DNA of 64,000 nt from Lingula anatina (taxonomy: Eukaryota > Animalia > Brachiopoda): the NCBI GenBank assembly GCA_051362555.1, contig CM120641.1, positions 34,354,401 to 34,418,400 on the forward strand, in the 5' to 3' direction. The notes beneath the pieces were generated by a model, which saw only the letters and a list, made by a program, of their open reading frames with translations, searched no databases and was not told the DNA's origin. Made by a program: the position numbers and the translations under genes. The number at the start of each line of letters is the position of its first letter. The first letter of the stretch is position 1. Shown in pieces: positions 1 to 12,910 of the stretch.

Positions 1-896
1 TTTTTCATTACTGCCGATCCAAATGTCCGGCCATTCTGAAAAGTTTTCAGCATGTCTGTACGCCTTATTCACAATAATAATGAATGTGTTTAGGCATTTT
101 TGTGATTCAGATACAGTATTACATAACAAAAACAGATGTCTCTGTCCTTTTAAGTAATAAACTTTTTCTTCACTAAATTCAATTTTGTCATAATTTTTTG
201 GAGAAAAAGAGGACTATATGACATCCACTGTCAATTGTGATTTGTCTTAATGGACTACTGAATGATGGACAAAATGCTACATTAAACATATTTTCCAGTA
301 CCCCATGCAACTTCTTTGGCATGTTGCTATGATAAAAAAAAACACATTTCAAGGGTAGAAAAAAAAACTGCACACAACTGGTTGTAAAGAGTAAAATGCC
401 ACCACATTGTCTCCCACACATTTTCCCAGACATTTAGAAAGTCACCAAGTCACGAAAGGTGGTAATTATGAATCCAACATAGTTCAAATATAAAACTTAC
501 ATCACACATTTTTTTTATACACCTCTCTCCTTAATGTCACATTTACAGAAACATTTTATCAATTATCTTGTAAAAAAAATACATGACTGGAGGTAATGTT
601 GAAGTCTGTTTAATAACTAGATCTGCTAAGCACCAGACTACTGACTGAAGAAATCAATAGCAAATAAACTGCAAATGTAGTTTTTATGCTTGGCGGTTTG
701 AATATGAAGACAGTGTATTAAAAAACTTACCAAGTAGCCTGTCATCTCCAAGATCTTCCTCTGGTGTTCCATGATGGAAGTATTTAGCAGAAAACCCCAG
801 ATTGAAATGGAAATTAGGGATCTGCTTCTGCCATCGCTCTTGGAACAGTACCATAGCCTAGATAAGTGAAGCACATTTTACTTGGATGAAAAAAAC

Positions 897-900
<4 letters not shown>

Positions 901-952
<52 letters not shown>
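901..952. repeat. (CA)n microsatellite
   Basis: Visible pure CA run. Confidence 0.97.
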
Positions 953-956
<4 letters not shown>

Positions 957-1103
957 AAAAATCTTTAACATGACAGATTTCTACATAAATCAAAGATAAT
1001 ATGAAAAACTTGTTCGATGTTTCACGTAATTGCCAATTTTATATATAAATTTATACGATTTAACCTATATGTCAATTCTACCTTGACCTGAATGCGCACT
1101 TAC

Positions 1104-2153
1104 CTCTGCATCATCAGCATGCATCCGGATCCCATTCCTGCCCACAAAGATGTCATCAACATCCAGAAGTATGTACCTTTCTAGAGGCAGGCTAAGCTTG
1201 CCATGGGAGAGGTAGGATAAACTATCCAAAAATAAAAGCCTGTGTAGCCAGAACTTAAACCCATTCCCAAAGAAAACTCTCTGTATTCCATCGCAGAGCC
1301 CCAGATCTTGTAGAACAACCACCTGCTTCACGTCCTCCCCAACGCTGTCATAGGAATAATGGTCTGTCATACGAATGCTAGCATAAGCCAGAGGTTGGTA
1401 AGTTGAATGATTGGCGATAAATACTGTCCAGTCCTCGTCTGGCAGATCCCCCTGCCACGTCTCTCCAGCTCGTGTTAAACGCAGAATGTTAGAGTGCGGG
1501 TTTATTTTGTAGTCTTTTAAAACTAGGTTTGTGTGTATGTACAACTGGAACCCTTCCACCTGAGAGCTGAGAATACCATCTTCTTTGGAAGGTGCAAAGA
1601 TGATCATACCCACGTGGTATTCTTTACAATACTTGTCCAAGAGCTGGCGATTCCACTTGTCCATGTTGGTGTAGGCCTCCAAGTTCTCAAAGACAATCAC
1701 TCCAAACTTGCCTTTGTCCATATGTGTCAGATAAGGCAAGGACTTCCCTGTGGGCTCCACACGGAATTTTATTCTGGCTGCCTCCAAGATGGCCACAATT
1801 TCCTGACCAAGCCGTGAATATTGTGTTTCCACAAGAACTAAGACGTGGTTGTTGATCCTCATTTTGGCGTCAGAGTCATGGTCCCTGGGGGGGATGCCTA
1901 TGTCATCTCTGTAGATGCTCTGTGCACGGCCCTGGCACTCCAGGTACGGCACAGGGGGAGAGTTTCTTTCGCCAGCACTTTTGCTGTTGCTGAAGGGGGC
2001 GTTGTAAGACAACCAGAGGAGTACTGCACCCAGCAGCAGAGATCCTCCAAGGATCAGTCTGGTGAGTTTGAATTTTTTCACTGGGCATATTCTTGGCAGA
2101 GTGGTGAGACACAGGAGACTAGAAGTACTACTGAGTCGTGGTTTTCCAGGCAT
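1104..2153 (-). CDS. NDST: Bifunctional heparan sulfate N-deacetylase/N-sulfotransferase, first coding exon (350 codons); gene continues beyond the left edge
   Basis: ORF 1065..2153 has a type II TM anchor (LILGGSLLLGAVLLWLSY) and NDST motifs VLVLVETQYSRLGQEIVAILE, NMDKWNRQLLDKYC, DGIQRVFFGNGFKFWLHRLLFLDSLSYLS and RYILLDVDDIFVG. Donor GAG|GTAAGT after 1104 (phase 0). Confidence 0.95.
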
Positions 2154-3900
2154 AATAACAACAACAACAACTCCTCAATATCAAAACTGACATCAGATTG
2201 ATATGGTCACAAATCATCTAGTTTTTAATCTCTCCATCTTTCTCTTTTCACAAAGCAGAGGGAATGAGGAGTGGGAGAACAGTAGCAGCTTTATATTTCA
2301 GTTTATGTAATTGATCATTCCTCCATATCAGATTAATCCATCTGCATATATCATGTCCTAGATTCCATTTGCAAAAAAAAGAGTGCATTCACCCCATGCC
2401 AGACTGTGTGTAAGTCATTCTTAACTTCTTGCTAATCAAGCAATCTGGGGCAGAACTAAAATAAATCTCTTTGTACCAAGCTTTTGCTGGAGACTGCTGG
2501 TTTTCCCACAATTACTTCCTTCTGGAGTTCTTTTCAAGCTCCCTGTGTGAAATTTCTGCTTCTTTAAAGTCTTCTAAAACAGAAAAAGCAATGTTTGAGG
2601 CAATACTTTCATATTTCTTATTTGACACAAAATCAAAATGCGAATGTAAGAAATAGTTATCACCATCAAGAATGATATATGTAATTCCCCTAGGAGGCAA
2701 ACCTTAGTCACCTGGGACATTACTATCACCCCACCCACTGAATATAGCTTAAAATATATCTAAGTGCCAAATTCAGGAGAGGATATAAGCTGTCTTCTGG
2801 GACTTCTGGAAGACAGTCAGAATTTTTCAAGTTTGACAGCCATCTAATTTTTCATGTCGGAGATGGTAAAAAATACAGGATGGATCAAGAAAAATAATTT
2901 GGAAGACTGTCAGAAAATATCTCTGGATCTGCCCCTGAAATTTGTCCAATGCCATATCTTACCCAGCTAATACTCTTCTCACAACTGTAAATATATATCT
3001 GTTATAACATATGCTAATAATTTTATTATGGATTGATAGGGAGAAATTTAAAAAGCAGAGGGGTTTAAATTTCTCTTTTGCTCAAATCCTATTTATAACA
3101 AGCAATGGAAGGTTACCATATACTCCACCAGGATGTATCCAGAAGATTTAATATAAGAAGAGAAAAAAAAATAAGAAAGAAAAATGGGTACCAGGTTTTA
3201 AAATACACCCAGTGCAATGAGCATTAATAACTCAATAACTCCAGGAAGATGCATAGTCTTTTGAGCTGGTATTCTATGTAACCTGAATGTGAGGTCAATT
3301 TTATTGAATTGTCCTCTTTTTGACAACTGCACTCATTAAAATGACAATATTTCCAAAAGACTAACAATATTTTATCTTATTTTCCGCAGATTATTATTAT
3401 TAGTTTTATGCAACTGGGCCTTAACTTGCTTTTTATCGACTACTATCTTTATTTTCACGCGATTTTTTTCAAAATGTATTGCCTCGGGCTTAAAAGTTAA
3501 ATAGTTTGCGTGTCAAAATGTGTTGATTTTACACATATAACTTCTACAACGAAGATATTATACGTTAATAAACGAATGAAAATATATTTTAATATCCTTT
3601 ATACGCTTTTTTCGTGAGCTTAAGTTTTGAAGTATGCCGTTGAAGTTTAACACAATGTAACTGCATAGCCAATCACCAAGGCTGTCAGTGTCGATGCCAG
3701 CCTGGCTCGAGATTTAATCTTTTGGCGTTTTGTAATCAGACTACTCTCCTATTCGAACTGCTATAAAGTACATTCTTATTGAATGATGATAACTCAATAT
3801 TCTAAGGGACGTACTCACCTTTATAAGCGGTTTGATAACTTCTGGTGTACTAAACCTCGGCCATTAATCTCCGAGGATTTTGTCATCAATGTAAACCGGA
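2154..3900 (-). other. Probable spliced 5' UTR of NDST: exon 1 (~3900-3819), 22-nt microexon (2984-2963), UTR part of the coding exon (2737-2154)
   Basis: Minus-strand donor AAG|GTGAGT after 3819; acceptor TTTACAG| before 2984; donor TGG|GTAAGA after 2963; acceptor TATTCAG| before 2737; ETS-type CCGGAAGT at ~3896-3903 in CpG-containing DNA. The transcription start is inferred. Confidence 0.5.
2774..2937. mobile_element. Short MITE-like dispersed repeat (CAGG..GGAT ends); related copy at ~33921-34070
   Basis: Shares AGATGGT.AAAAAT...ATGGATCAA..AA.ATAATTTGGAAGACTGTCAG..AATAT.TCTGGATC..CCCC.G with 33990-34070. Imperfect TIR CAGGAGAGGAT / ATCTGCCCCTG, flanked by AAATT on both sides. Confidence 0.65.
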
Positions 3901-4805
3901 AGTAATACCTATATCCGGGCCTTTCTAGAATCAGGCAGCTGAGGTTTCATTTCAAAACACTTGCCGAACAAGATGATGGAAACATGTCATCTCAGTATAG
4001 AGTTTACTTAATAGATATTCTTTATAATGAAAACATCTACTCGTTATATCATGCACCACTTTCGTTTATGATTTGTATGGTAAGGAAACGTCTGATGAAA
4101 ACCTAACATTACGTGTATCTTTTTTAGTTACCATGATTTCTAATAGATGGCGCACTGATAGTCAGGTACCAGGTTTCATTAAAAAAAAAGAAGAAAAAAA
4201 AAAACTCTGGGTTTTATACAAGCGATTGCAAAACCATTGTCTGCACCATATTGTCCTATAAACCACCAAGTACCAAATAAAAGCTTGTAAATTTGATGGG
4301 GATAGTAAAATAGTAGGTCAACAGTAGCCTATATAGATATGTAGGCCTACAGCTTTCGCCAGAATTCGCAAAACTACTTCAGGCACACACAATGAAAAAA
4401 AATTGATGATAGAAAAGATAAAGAAAAAATAATTATAATAAAAAAATACTCCATAGCCATATATAGAAACAAAAATTCTGTCCAGATAATTAATGTTCAT
4501 GTTACGCTTGTTTCCATTTTAAAAAACGAAAAAAAAGGCCTTGTATAGAGTACGCTCGGCGGGAATTCATATTGAAATTATTAATCATGTATTAATAATT
4601 TCACACTGAAATTATTAATACATGATTGTTTATGATACAGATAAAACAACTTTGAACACCTATGGTGAATAAAGTACAGAGACACTCAAGACAAAGGTAC
4701 ACTCTCAAAGGTACATGCATCTATACCGCGCCTCATTTTGTTAGGCCTAAACATTGCAGATCTACAAGATATGTCATAATGTATTTTATCCAAAATGTCA
4801 AATGT

Positions 4806-5082
4806 CCCAAGCGGTTTCAGGATTGTTTGAAGGGGGAGGGGTCCGCGGATGCAAAGCCGACCCTCCCCCTCCACCCCCCCTCCCCTTTGGCGTGGGGTTC
4901 GGGGCCCGCAAAATTTTGGTATTTTAGAGGGCGAACGGTGTCGTTTGTTGTGGTTTAGAAATATAATTCAGCTGGTCAAAATTCTAATTTCAAGAGGGGA
5001 CAATTGGTGTGATTTTTTTCAGAAATCGAAGGGGAGGGGCCCAGGACCCCCCTACCCGCCCCCCCCCCCAAGTCCGCCACTG
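4806..5082. mobile_element. Degenerate GC-rich MITE-like insertion (hAT-like ...TCCGCCACTG end)
   Basis: Abrupt G/C-run-rich block in AT-rich DNA ending in AGTCCGCCACTG; left end degenerate; no clear TSD. Confidence 0.45.
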
Positions 5083-6199
5083 GCTCCAATATCTATCTTT
5101 TTTCTTATATCAGAAAATTTTAGAATGTAGTATTCTTCATGGCTTATTCCTAAAAATCTTAACCTTGCTTGTATGGTCAGGTCATAAATGTATTAATGGT
5201 CACAATCTGAAATAAAAGGATAACAGCAGAGTTGTCAGCGACTTGTATTTTGGATATTAAATACGATTTTGGACACATTCAAAATGTATATATTTGTAAG
5301 CTTAAAAGAATCTTTTAAAAGCGCTTTTGAAAACAGGACCTATCCCAAAGTAGGCCTAATATTTCTTATACAGTATTTAATTGGCAGAGAATTAGCACCC
5401 TATTTGCAAAGGTACCTATCTCTCCAAACTGATAACTATAAGGACTAAAATTTCTCAAATGCTGTTGAAGTTTCGGATGATGTCGATATTTTCTTCGCAA
5501 ATGCCATAAAGACGAATGGCCGCCTAAATCGATCATGGTTCGTTTAGAACTAAGTTATTTGATTAGACATGGTCAAAAAATCAAATTCAAGTGCAGGGAC
5601 GGGTCGAACATCGTTTCGTGAGTAAGAAAAAATTGCTTTTTTTCTCGAGGGAAATAAGATTTGGAGCGATAATCCCCTATAGAATAGGGGCTACATGTGA
5701 ACCTTTTACTGCATGTTGCATAATTTCCCTGGGCAAAAATAAACAGGAAAATGAAAAAATGCCTTGTAAAATTCCATTTCTTTGATTTTGCCTGCAGTGA
5801 AAATATCCTCGAGTCTGCGTTTTAAACAGCATAAAACATGCTTCTGTGGTCTCTCCACCCCCTTTTTTATGAAGGGGTTAGAATTAATGCACTATTTCTC
5901 TCTCTCTCTTTCTCTATCTCTCTTTTTTTAAATTTTTTTTTAGGAAAAGGATGGGTCGGATGTTTGGTGGAGCCCTTAAACCCAACAAAACCCATCCCTC
6001 AATCCTCTCGAGAACGGCATTGTGTGCATCACAGAGGCCATGTACCTAGCACTATTAATTCTCTTATCAGTAGGAGCATAAATAGGAAGAGTTACAAGAT
6101 CCAACAAGTGTCTGTAAGCTTACACAAGATCACAGTAACTTGGTTTTTAGTGTTTCTGGTGTGATTTTACATTTATTTTAACTACTAACAACTAATAAT

Positions 6200-6812
6200 T
6201 GTTTTGTCTTGGAGGAGTGGCACGAAGGCTGTACCGTGCTGCCCTCTTTTGAAATATGCGCTCCACAAAAATGTCTGACGTCATCAGTCTGTGCCGTCTC
6301 AGTGATTATACAGGTGCGAGTTAACTTCTGTGGAAAAAAGTAAGTGATCTCTAGTTTCATATTCGGTTGTTACACTAAACAACGCTAACTAACATTCCTT
6401 TCAACAAAAACATATTGTTTTGACAGTGTCTATCATGATTCATTGTAGTGGGGTAACTTGGCAGAATATGGGAAACTAGGTCACGATTATAACTTTGCTG
6501 ATCAGATGCCTTCCGCCACTGTTTTGACGGCGCCTTGTACATCCTATGACTTGCCAATGTTATTGCCTCTTTTGCTCTAATGCGGTAGAATGTTTTTGTA
6601 AACAGAAATCGGTCGTCTGATTAAGGTGTGTCAGACTTGTTACCGTTCCTAGAAGTATCCGCCACGTTGTTTGGCGACGACGTGTTTTAAGGTTCTACAT
6701 CAGCGACCTCAACATCATTCCTGGACATGTAAACTTGGACTTCTTTATGTGTGACATTCCTTGAATGTTTTTTGAACGGGGATAAACTGAAAATTAAAAA
6801 AATTCATAGACG
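6200..6812 (+). promoter_or_regulatory. CpG-retaining putative promoter / first exon region of MAP3K2/3
   Basis: Perfect CRE TGACGTCA at 6276-6283, CCAAT near 6554, and CpGs that drop off after ~7000 as in the downstream gene body. Assignment to MAP3K is inference. Confidence 0.4.
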
Positions 6813-7078
6813 GTTATATGCATTGAATCATAAAGCACATATCATGCTTTCGTCAAATTACTTTTTTTTTTCAAAAATGCCTCCATATTATAAATCACAC
6901 AGATTCACTTCTGAAAATGTGATTGACTGAAGAATGAGTCTTGAGTTACATAGTTACTAAATTTTACATACCCGATTTTTATGTCTCGAAGACAGTTCAT
7001 TTTAATCATTTGTTGTTAATTTCTATTATAAACTCCATGATAAATGCACATTAGTAAGTCATAAAAAATTTATCATGT

Positions 7079-7241
7079 CAGGGCTTGACACTTGAGATAT
7101 CGGTAAATATTGCAAGGATGATTTGACACATGACATTTTACTTGCTCTTTGGGACAGTGACCCCATCAATTCAATGGTCCTTCATGTAGGTTGGATTTTC
7201 AGAGGCCCAGGGCCAATGGGCCATCCATATGTCAAGCCCTG
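7079..7241. mobile_element. 163-bp MITE-like element
   Basis: Perfect 12-bp TIR CAGGGCTTGACA / TGTCAAGCCCTG; flanks share TGT; no 8-bp TSD. Confidence 0.55.
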
Positions 7242-8764
7242 TGTAGATTTTATATTATTATTTTATAAGGTCCAATTTGAAAATAAAACAATCAATTAAT
7301 TTGTACAGGCATATTGAAAATATGCAATGCCCCTCCAAGCTAACACAAGAATGTTATGAAACAAAATTGTTATGATAGCCCACTGGTTTCAGTAGCAGGC
7401 CCAAGGTGCATGAGATCTTGAATTGAAGTCTGGGTATGTTGGATAAGTGACCTTTATCAAACTAGACGATAAGTTTTCATGTAGTGTCCACCTAGAATGA
7501 TCTTCAATATCCCTACCAGTTTCAAATGAAATTTGATTTGAAACACATGTAATGTCAAACAAATAACATAGAAAACTGTGTGAGAAAAATGCATGGATAT
7601 ATGACCATTGACAGTTTCCGTCAATTTATCAATCTTTGAATAGTTTAATTAATCTATACTGGTGTGATGAAATTACTGTTAGGTGATAGATCCAAAAACA
7701 AAAGGTGAGTGTTCACTGGGTGCAAACATATTGGAAGTTGTAATGCGGTGTTGGCCGTGGACATACTCTATAAATAAATAACCCTTAGCACCAAGCTTTC
7801 TTCCAGCATGCACAAGGAAGTTTTCTCAACCCATGGGTAAAATATCAAACACAACAATAAAGGCAAAAATTGCTCGTGAATTGCACAGCATTGGAAAGCT
7901 TCCTCCTCAAGGAAAGTGTCACATAACTTGTCTGTAAGCAGCAAGCTTGTGTGTGTGGTAGCCTGAAGTTTTTCTGTACACTGAAAAGTGAGAGGTAGCA
8001 AAAAAAAATAAAATAAAAAATAAAAAAGGATCCTATCACAAGTGGGTTGAATCCAACAAGAGGTATACACCAACAAAAGCATGAGGATCCACCCCCTTCT
8101 CTGGAACTTGCTATCTTGACGTGACATTGAAAACAAAGATATAGCAATCTGTTGCTTGCATGCTTGACAGATAAACGTTGGCCCTGTGTTTGTTTTTTGC
8201 ATTGGATATTCTTTAGATGTAAATATGTAGTGGTTGACAAATAACCAAGTTTTATGTTTTGTCACCTAGGTCATATTTAAATAAGAAGAAAGATGCAGTT
8301 CAGAAATATTTCAAAACCCAAATACTGAATTAAGAATAAAATTTTAACATATGTATTTCTAAGTTAAATATGTATGGTATTTTAATGGTTATTCAAAACT
8401 ATTTTCCCAATGATTTTTAAAATGTTTCTGTGTGACTATTCTTCTTCTGTTATTAAGTGGATGATGAGCATTTTTATTCTTTTGCTTCAGATGTGAGGTA
8501 TAGGGCGTCTGCGTTCTTGCATGTGTGTGCAGGCATGTGTATGTGTGTGTGGTCTGAAGATGACCTTAGCAGATAATTTTGTCTCAAGTTATCTTGGGTT
8601 TGTGATAATGTCATAGCTTAAAACTGGGTTGAATGTAATTAATTGCCAAATTACATGGCTGAAGATTGCTAGTAACTACTTATAAACAATCCTGGATAAC
8701 CCTGTAGCAGTCTTATTTACTGGGAATGTATTTCTGTATCAGTGAGAAACCTCTCTAGGCAATT

Positions 8765-8820
<56 letters not shown>
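8765..8820. repeat. (CT)n microsatellite
   Basis: Visible CT run with one interruption. Confidence 0.95.
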
Positions 8821-8825
<5 letters not shown>

Positions 8826-9674
8826 TACATATAGTATGAAAGCAGGTATTAACTTAATGAACTCGAACACGTTCTGTGTATGTGACAAGCTGCCTATGTC
8901 ACTATGTGCATTTTTGTGTGACATATCAATAAAACACTGTGTTAACCTTAACCTACGAAAATTCAAGTGAGATAGTTTTACCTTGCCTGTCATAACATGT
9001 GTAAAGAATTGACTGTTTCCACACAGATTCCATCCTATTTTCTGTGTGTTAATATGTCCATTAGCTAATTTTGTGTATTTTTTCTGTTTTTATTTTTAAG
9101 ACTTTATCCCACTGTTTAATAGAGTGTTGAGGCTGACAAAGGTTATTACTTATTTAGTCTTGATACAGGTACTTAGGTTGTGTAAACACTGTTAAATAGT
9201 CATGCTAAATAGTGGTCATTTAGAATAGTGGCCCCTGTCGGACTTGGTCAGCACTTAACAGTAGTTGTCTGAGGCCCTTAACCCACTTTTGTGACAGTTT
9301 TCAGCCTAACACCCATCCTGGCAAGAGACATTAAAATATGCAATGAAAAAGTTGTGTCTACAATACTTCCCACGCAGTGTCAACATTGCCGTGGCACAGT
9401 GAAGAGCTACACACACTAAGTATGCTGTTATCAAATTCATTAACCACCAATTCAGGTTCACCAAGGAGTTATAACAGAAGGAGATTACACGCGTGGGGGC
9501 GGAGTCCGTATTACGGTCTCTCATTGGTCGGAATGAATAGAACCCAGAGAACAATGGATGCCTATCTCTGTTACGCTTAATTACTCTCGTTTAAATCTCG
9601 TTTGTTAGTATCTGTGCCTTCGTCTGTTGATTTTTGAGGACAGAAACAGAAACGGAGTCCCAAGTTTCTAAAAA

Positions 9675-11781
9675 ATGAGAGAAATACAGAATTTATATGA
9701 TATTACGTTGGACAAGGTTTTCAAAAAACAGGTAAGTGCTTTTAAATGCATAACTACACGAAATATGAAGATAAATTGCAACTTTTATGTCGTAGGGTCT
9801 CACTGTGTAAGTGTCCAGCTACACGTTGATCTCGCGAGGTGGTGTGTGGAGAATAAATATTGCACGAAAAATATTTCCCACTCATAACAAGTGCCTATAA
9901 ATATAGTATCAGATGAAGAAAGTTTGGTCTTTATACAGTTGCAAATGTTAAGTAATTTGTGGCAATAGCAAAGAATAAAACTTGGGTGCACTTTCAATAG
10001 CCGAATAACAAGCAGATGCTTAAGCCGCCATCTTGTTAATATTTCGAAAAAAAAATTACTCCAAAAGACATTTTCCTCCTACTTTTTAAAACTTGTGTCA
10101 CATGACAGTCATAAAATTTAACTAATTGTTATGTGTGCAACACACTTGCTTGAGCAGTATTGTTTTTTTTGCGATTTTACATGTGGTCTAGCTTGGATAC
10201 GACAATTGACAATTTTCATGAGTTCCGATCAAAAAGTGTTACGCTTGTTACGGCCAAAAGCCTTACCGCTTTTTGTACTTTTCAAATGCAAGATTATAAA
10301 AAAATTTGGTGTGTTTAGATTCTTGAACATCTTGGTCGTGGCGTGGTATATATTGCATGGATACTGCTCCAATATTTCTTGAAAAAAATGACCTGATTTG
10401 TTCAGAATACCAATTTTTTACTCTAGTGTTATGGGTAAATGTACCATTTTGGCCTTTACCTTTTTCATGTTTAAATCTAAAAAGACTTATCATGACAGTT
10501 GGTCATCATTTTTCTTCTCACCATGGTGGGTGGCTTTGGAGTGGTAACTTTGTTGTTAAAGTAAAGTGCTCAGTTTTTTTGACTGGAAAATTTTGCCTCC
10601 ACCCAGCATTTTCCATCATGGCGGTCTAACAGGAAGTTTGACTTCACAGTGTCTTTGGCATAGTTATTTTTAACTTATTTAGTCTTCTTTTTACATAATT
10701 ATATATGTTTTAATTCATATTAAACCTTTGAAAAAAGAACACACATGAATCCTGGTGCTTCTTAATTTAAAGTCTTAAGGTTTTAAGTTCACCTAGGCTC
10801 CAACAATTACTTTACCTGTTATCTCACTACATTGTACACATCTCTCTTTGAGTCAAGGTGTGTAAGACACACCTTATTGTGTAAGACACCTCTATAATTA
10901 AGGGGTACTTGCTTCTCTGCTTAAATTATACTTCACTACTTTGGCATGTTAGGTGGCAAGCTTGGATGTTTCAGTTCATTTTAAGAAAGAAGCTTTGCCT
11001 TGGTGGTTACAAAAGAATAGAACTCTATTAAGGTTTATTCATTACTTGAAATTAAATATTTCATCTTGTAGTGTTGAAACAGAAATTCTCTCAAAATTGA
11101 TAATGAATTTGACATGCATATCTTAACACTACTCAAGTTTTTTTTTTCTATTATAGATATGGGAGAAGGCTGCATTGAATATATGAATTATGGTCAGGCT
11201 GGAAAAAATTAAAATATGTCAATGAAAAAAGGAGGTCAGTGTGTCTGGGGTAAGTTACTTTTGTCATAATGCCTAAGATGCATTAAACATTCACTAACAA
11301 CAGTACCCTTTTTAATTTTTTTTTCAAAATACAACAACCTTGGGCATTTTCCTTTTAGCAACCAGCCTCTCTGAAATCCCCTTTTTGTCCTGTCAGAAGA
11401 GTAGGAACCAGGGCGGATTTAAATAATTTCTTGTAATAAGTACAATTTCTTTCAATTTCTTGGGGTTATTAGCTTGTGATCATGAATCTTGATGTTCTAT
11501 ATAAATTTAGTTGTAAATTGTTCATTTATGTGGTGAACATTATTTCAGTCAAGTCATAACAAGACACATTAAACTTCACTGCGTAATTCCATAATGTCTA
11601 CATGGATACTAGTAGTTCATAATGCTATTATTATGTTTTTTTTTCTAACCTACAGGTTTCTCTCTTTTCTGAGTGGTATGGCATTAGCAAGGCAGAAGAA
11701 AAGGCCCTGAAGAAATTCTCACTTGAGTTGTCCTTTTTGGAGAAGAAACTGGATAAGATTGGCCAACAGAGATTGCATTAA
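9675..11781 (+). pseudogene. Spliced small cargo gene inside the P-like element, unknown family, with two in-frame TGA codons
   Basis: Phase-0 exons 9675-9731 (MREIQNLYDITLDKVFKKQ, donor CAG|GTAAGT), 11157-11249 (IWEKAALNI*IMVRLEKIKICQ*KKEVSVSG, T-tract TAG| and GGG|GTAAGT) and 11656-11781 (VSLFSEWYGISKAEEKALKKFSLELSFLEKKLDKIGQQRLH*, branch-like CTAAC + CAG|). A possible frameshifted exon lies at 10319-10434. Confidence 0.55.
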
Positions 11782-12910
11782 ATTAATAGTGCTCCTTTAT
11801 GACATTTTAAAATATTTTCAGTCACCTAACTGACTCTATACATTGCAAAAGTGGACAAAAATTTTATGTTACTGTAACGTGGAAAAAAATTCAAAACCTA
11901 TATATAAATTGTTGAGTGCCATGGTATAACAGTCTACCTGATTGCCAGTGAAATTTCTGTTTCAGTGAAATTTCTTTAAAGCAGTCACTTACTGCTTATT
12001 TACCAGTTAATTTTTTCAGCTGTTACATTTTATAAATGTTCTTACTAAGTGTTGTCTTGATCTATAATAACCTTTTGAAAATCCCATGTTTTTTATCCTA
12101 TTTGTAAGAATTAACCACTTTATCTTCTAGGATTTTTTTTTTTCATTCGGCCCATTAGATTCTCAGACTTTGCTGGCCTGTAAGTGGAATAGTATCTGGC
12201 ACAGACTGGTATCAGCAAGTCAGATAAAAAAGAATATAATTATTTCTATTTGCACGGTTGAAAAAAATGCCATCATAGACTGCATAAAACTGGAAAACTG
12301 TAGCAACTTAATCATTCTTATGACTTCATTTATTACTGCTTATGTGTAAAATTTTTGTTTTTGTTCTTCTATTGATATAATAAAATAGTTTTACTCACAG
12401 ATGCTACTTTCATGAGTATAGAGTGCTTGAGTATAGAGTTAACTTAAAAGATATTTTAAGTTAATATAGTAAATAATAGTTTGAAATTCAATATTCTCAT
12501 CTTTATTTGTTTCACTTTAAAGAGCTCAGTGAATACTAAAATTTCTGATATATTTTGTACATAAATATATTTATGAATGAATTAAAATTATTCTTAATGT
12601 ATAGCACTGTGCACTTGTTTACCGACAAATATGAACAGTGTTAGTACGTGTCAAATAATCCTGAAAAAATGGGAAATTTCCAAGATAAAGAAATTTATAA
12701 TGGGTATTCAGTAAACTGACGTGTCGTGGCATTGCCTCAACCTTGGATTAAAATTTGAATTAAATGCATTATAATATTAAAATTATACCGAGTGAGAGAA
12801 AAAATACTTTAAGAAATTTAAAACCAGACACAAAGCGTAGGCACTGTCACAATGTATATGTTTATGGGACCCAAGGGCAGGAGGTTCCAAACGTTAATTT
12901 AACGTAAATA

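Noticed and set aside
1533-2201. Plus-strand ORFs 1533..1817 and 1845..2201
   Set aside because: Antisense shadows of the NDST exon, with no independent motifs.
7768-8265. 165-aa and 131-aa minus-strand ORFs
   Set aside because: Non-ATG starts, low-complexity A/T-tract translation, and no recognisable domain or clear splice structure.
11157-12400. Selenoprotein reading of the TGA-containing cargo gene
   Set aside because: No convincing SECIS stem-loop (AUGA...AA...GA) seen downstream by eye; CGA>TGA decay is simpler. Not computationally excluded.
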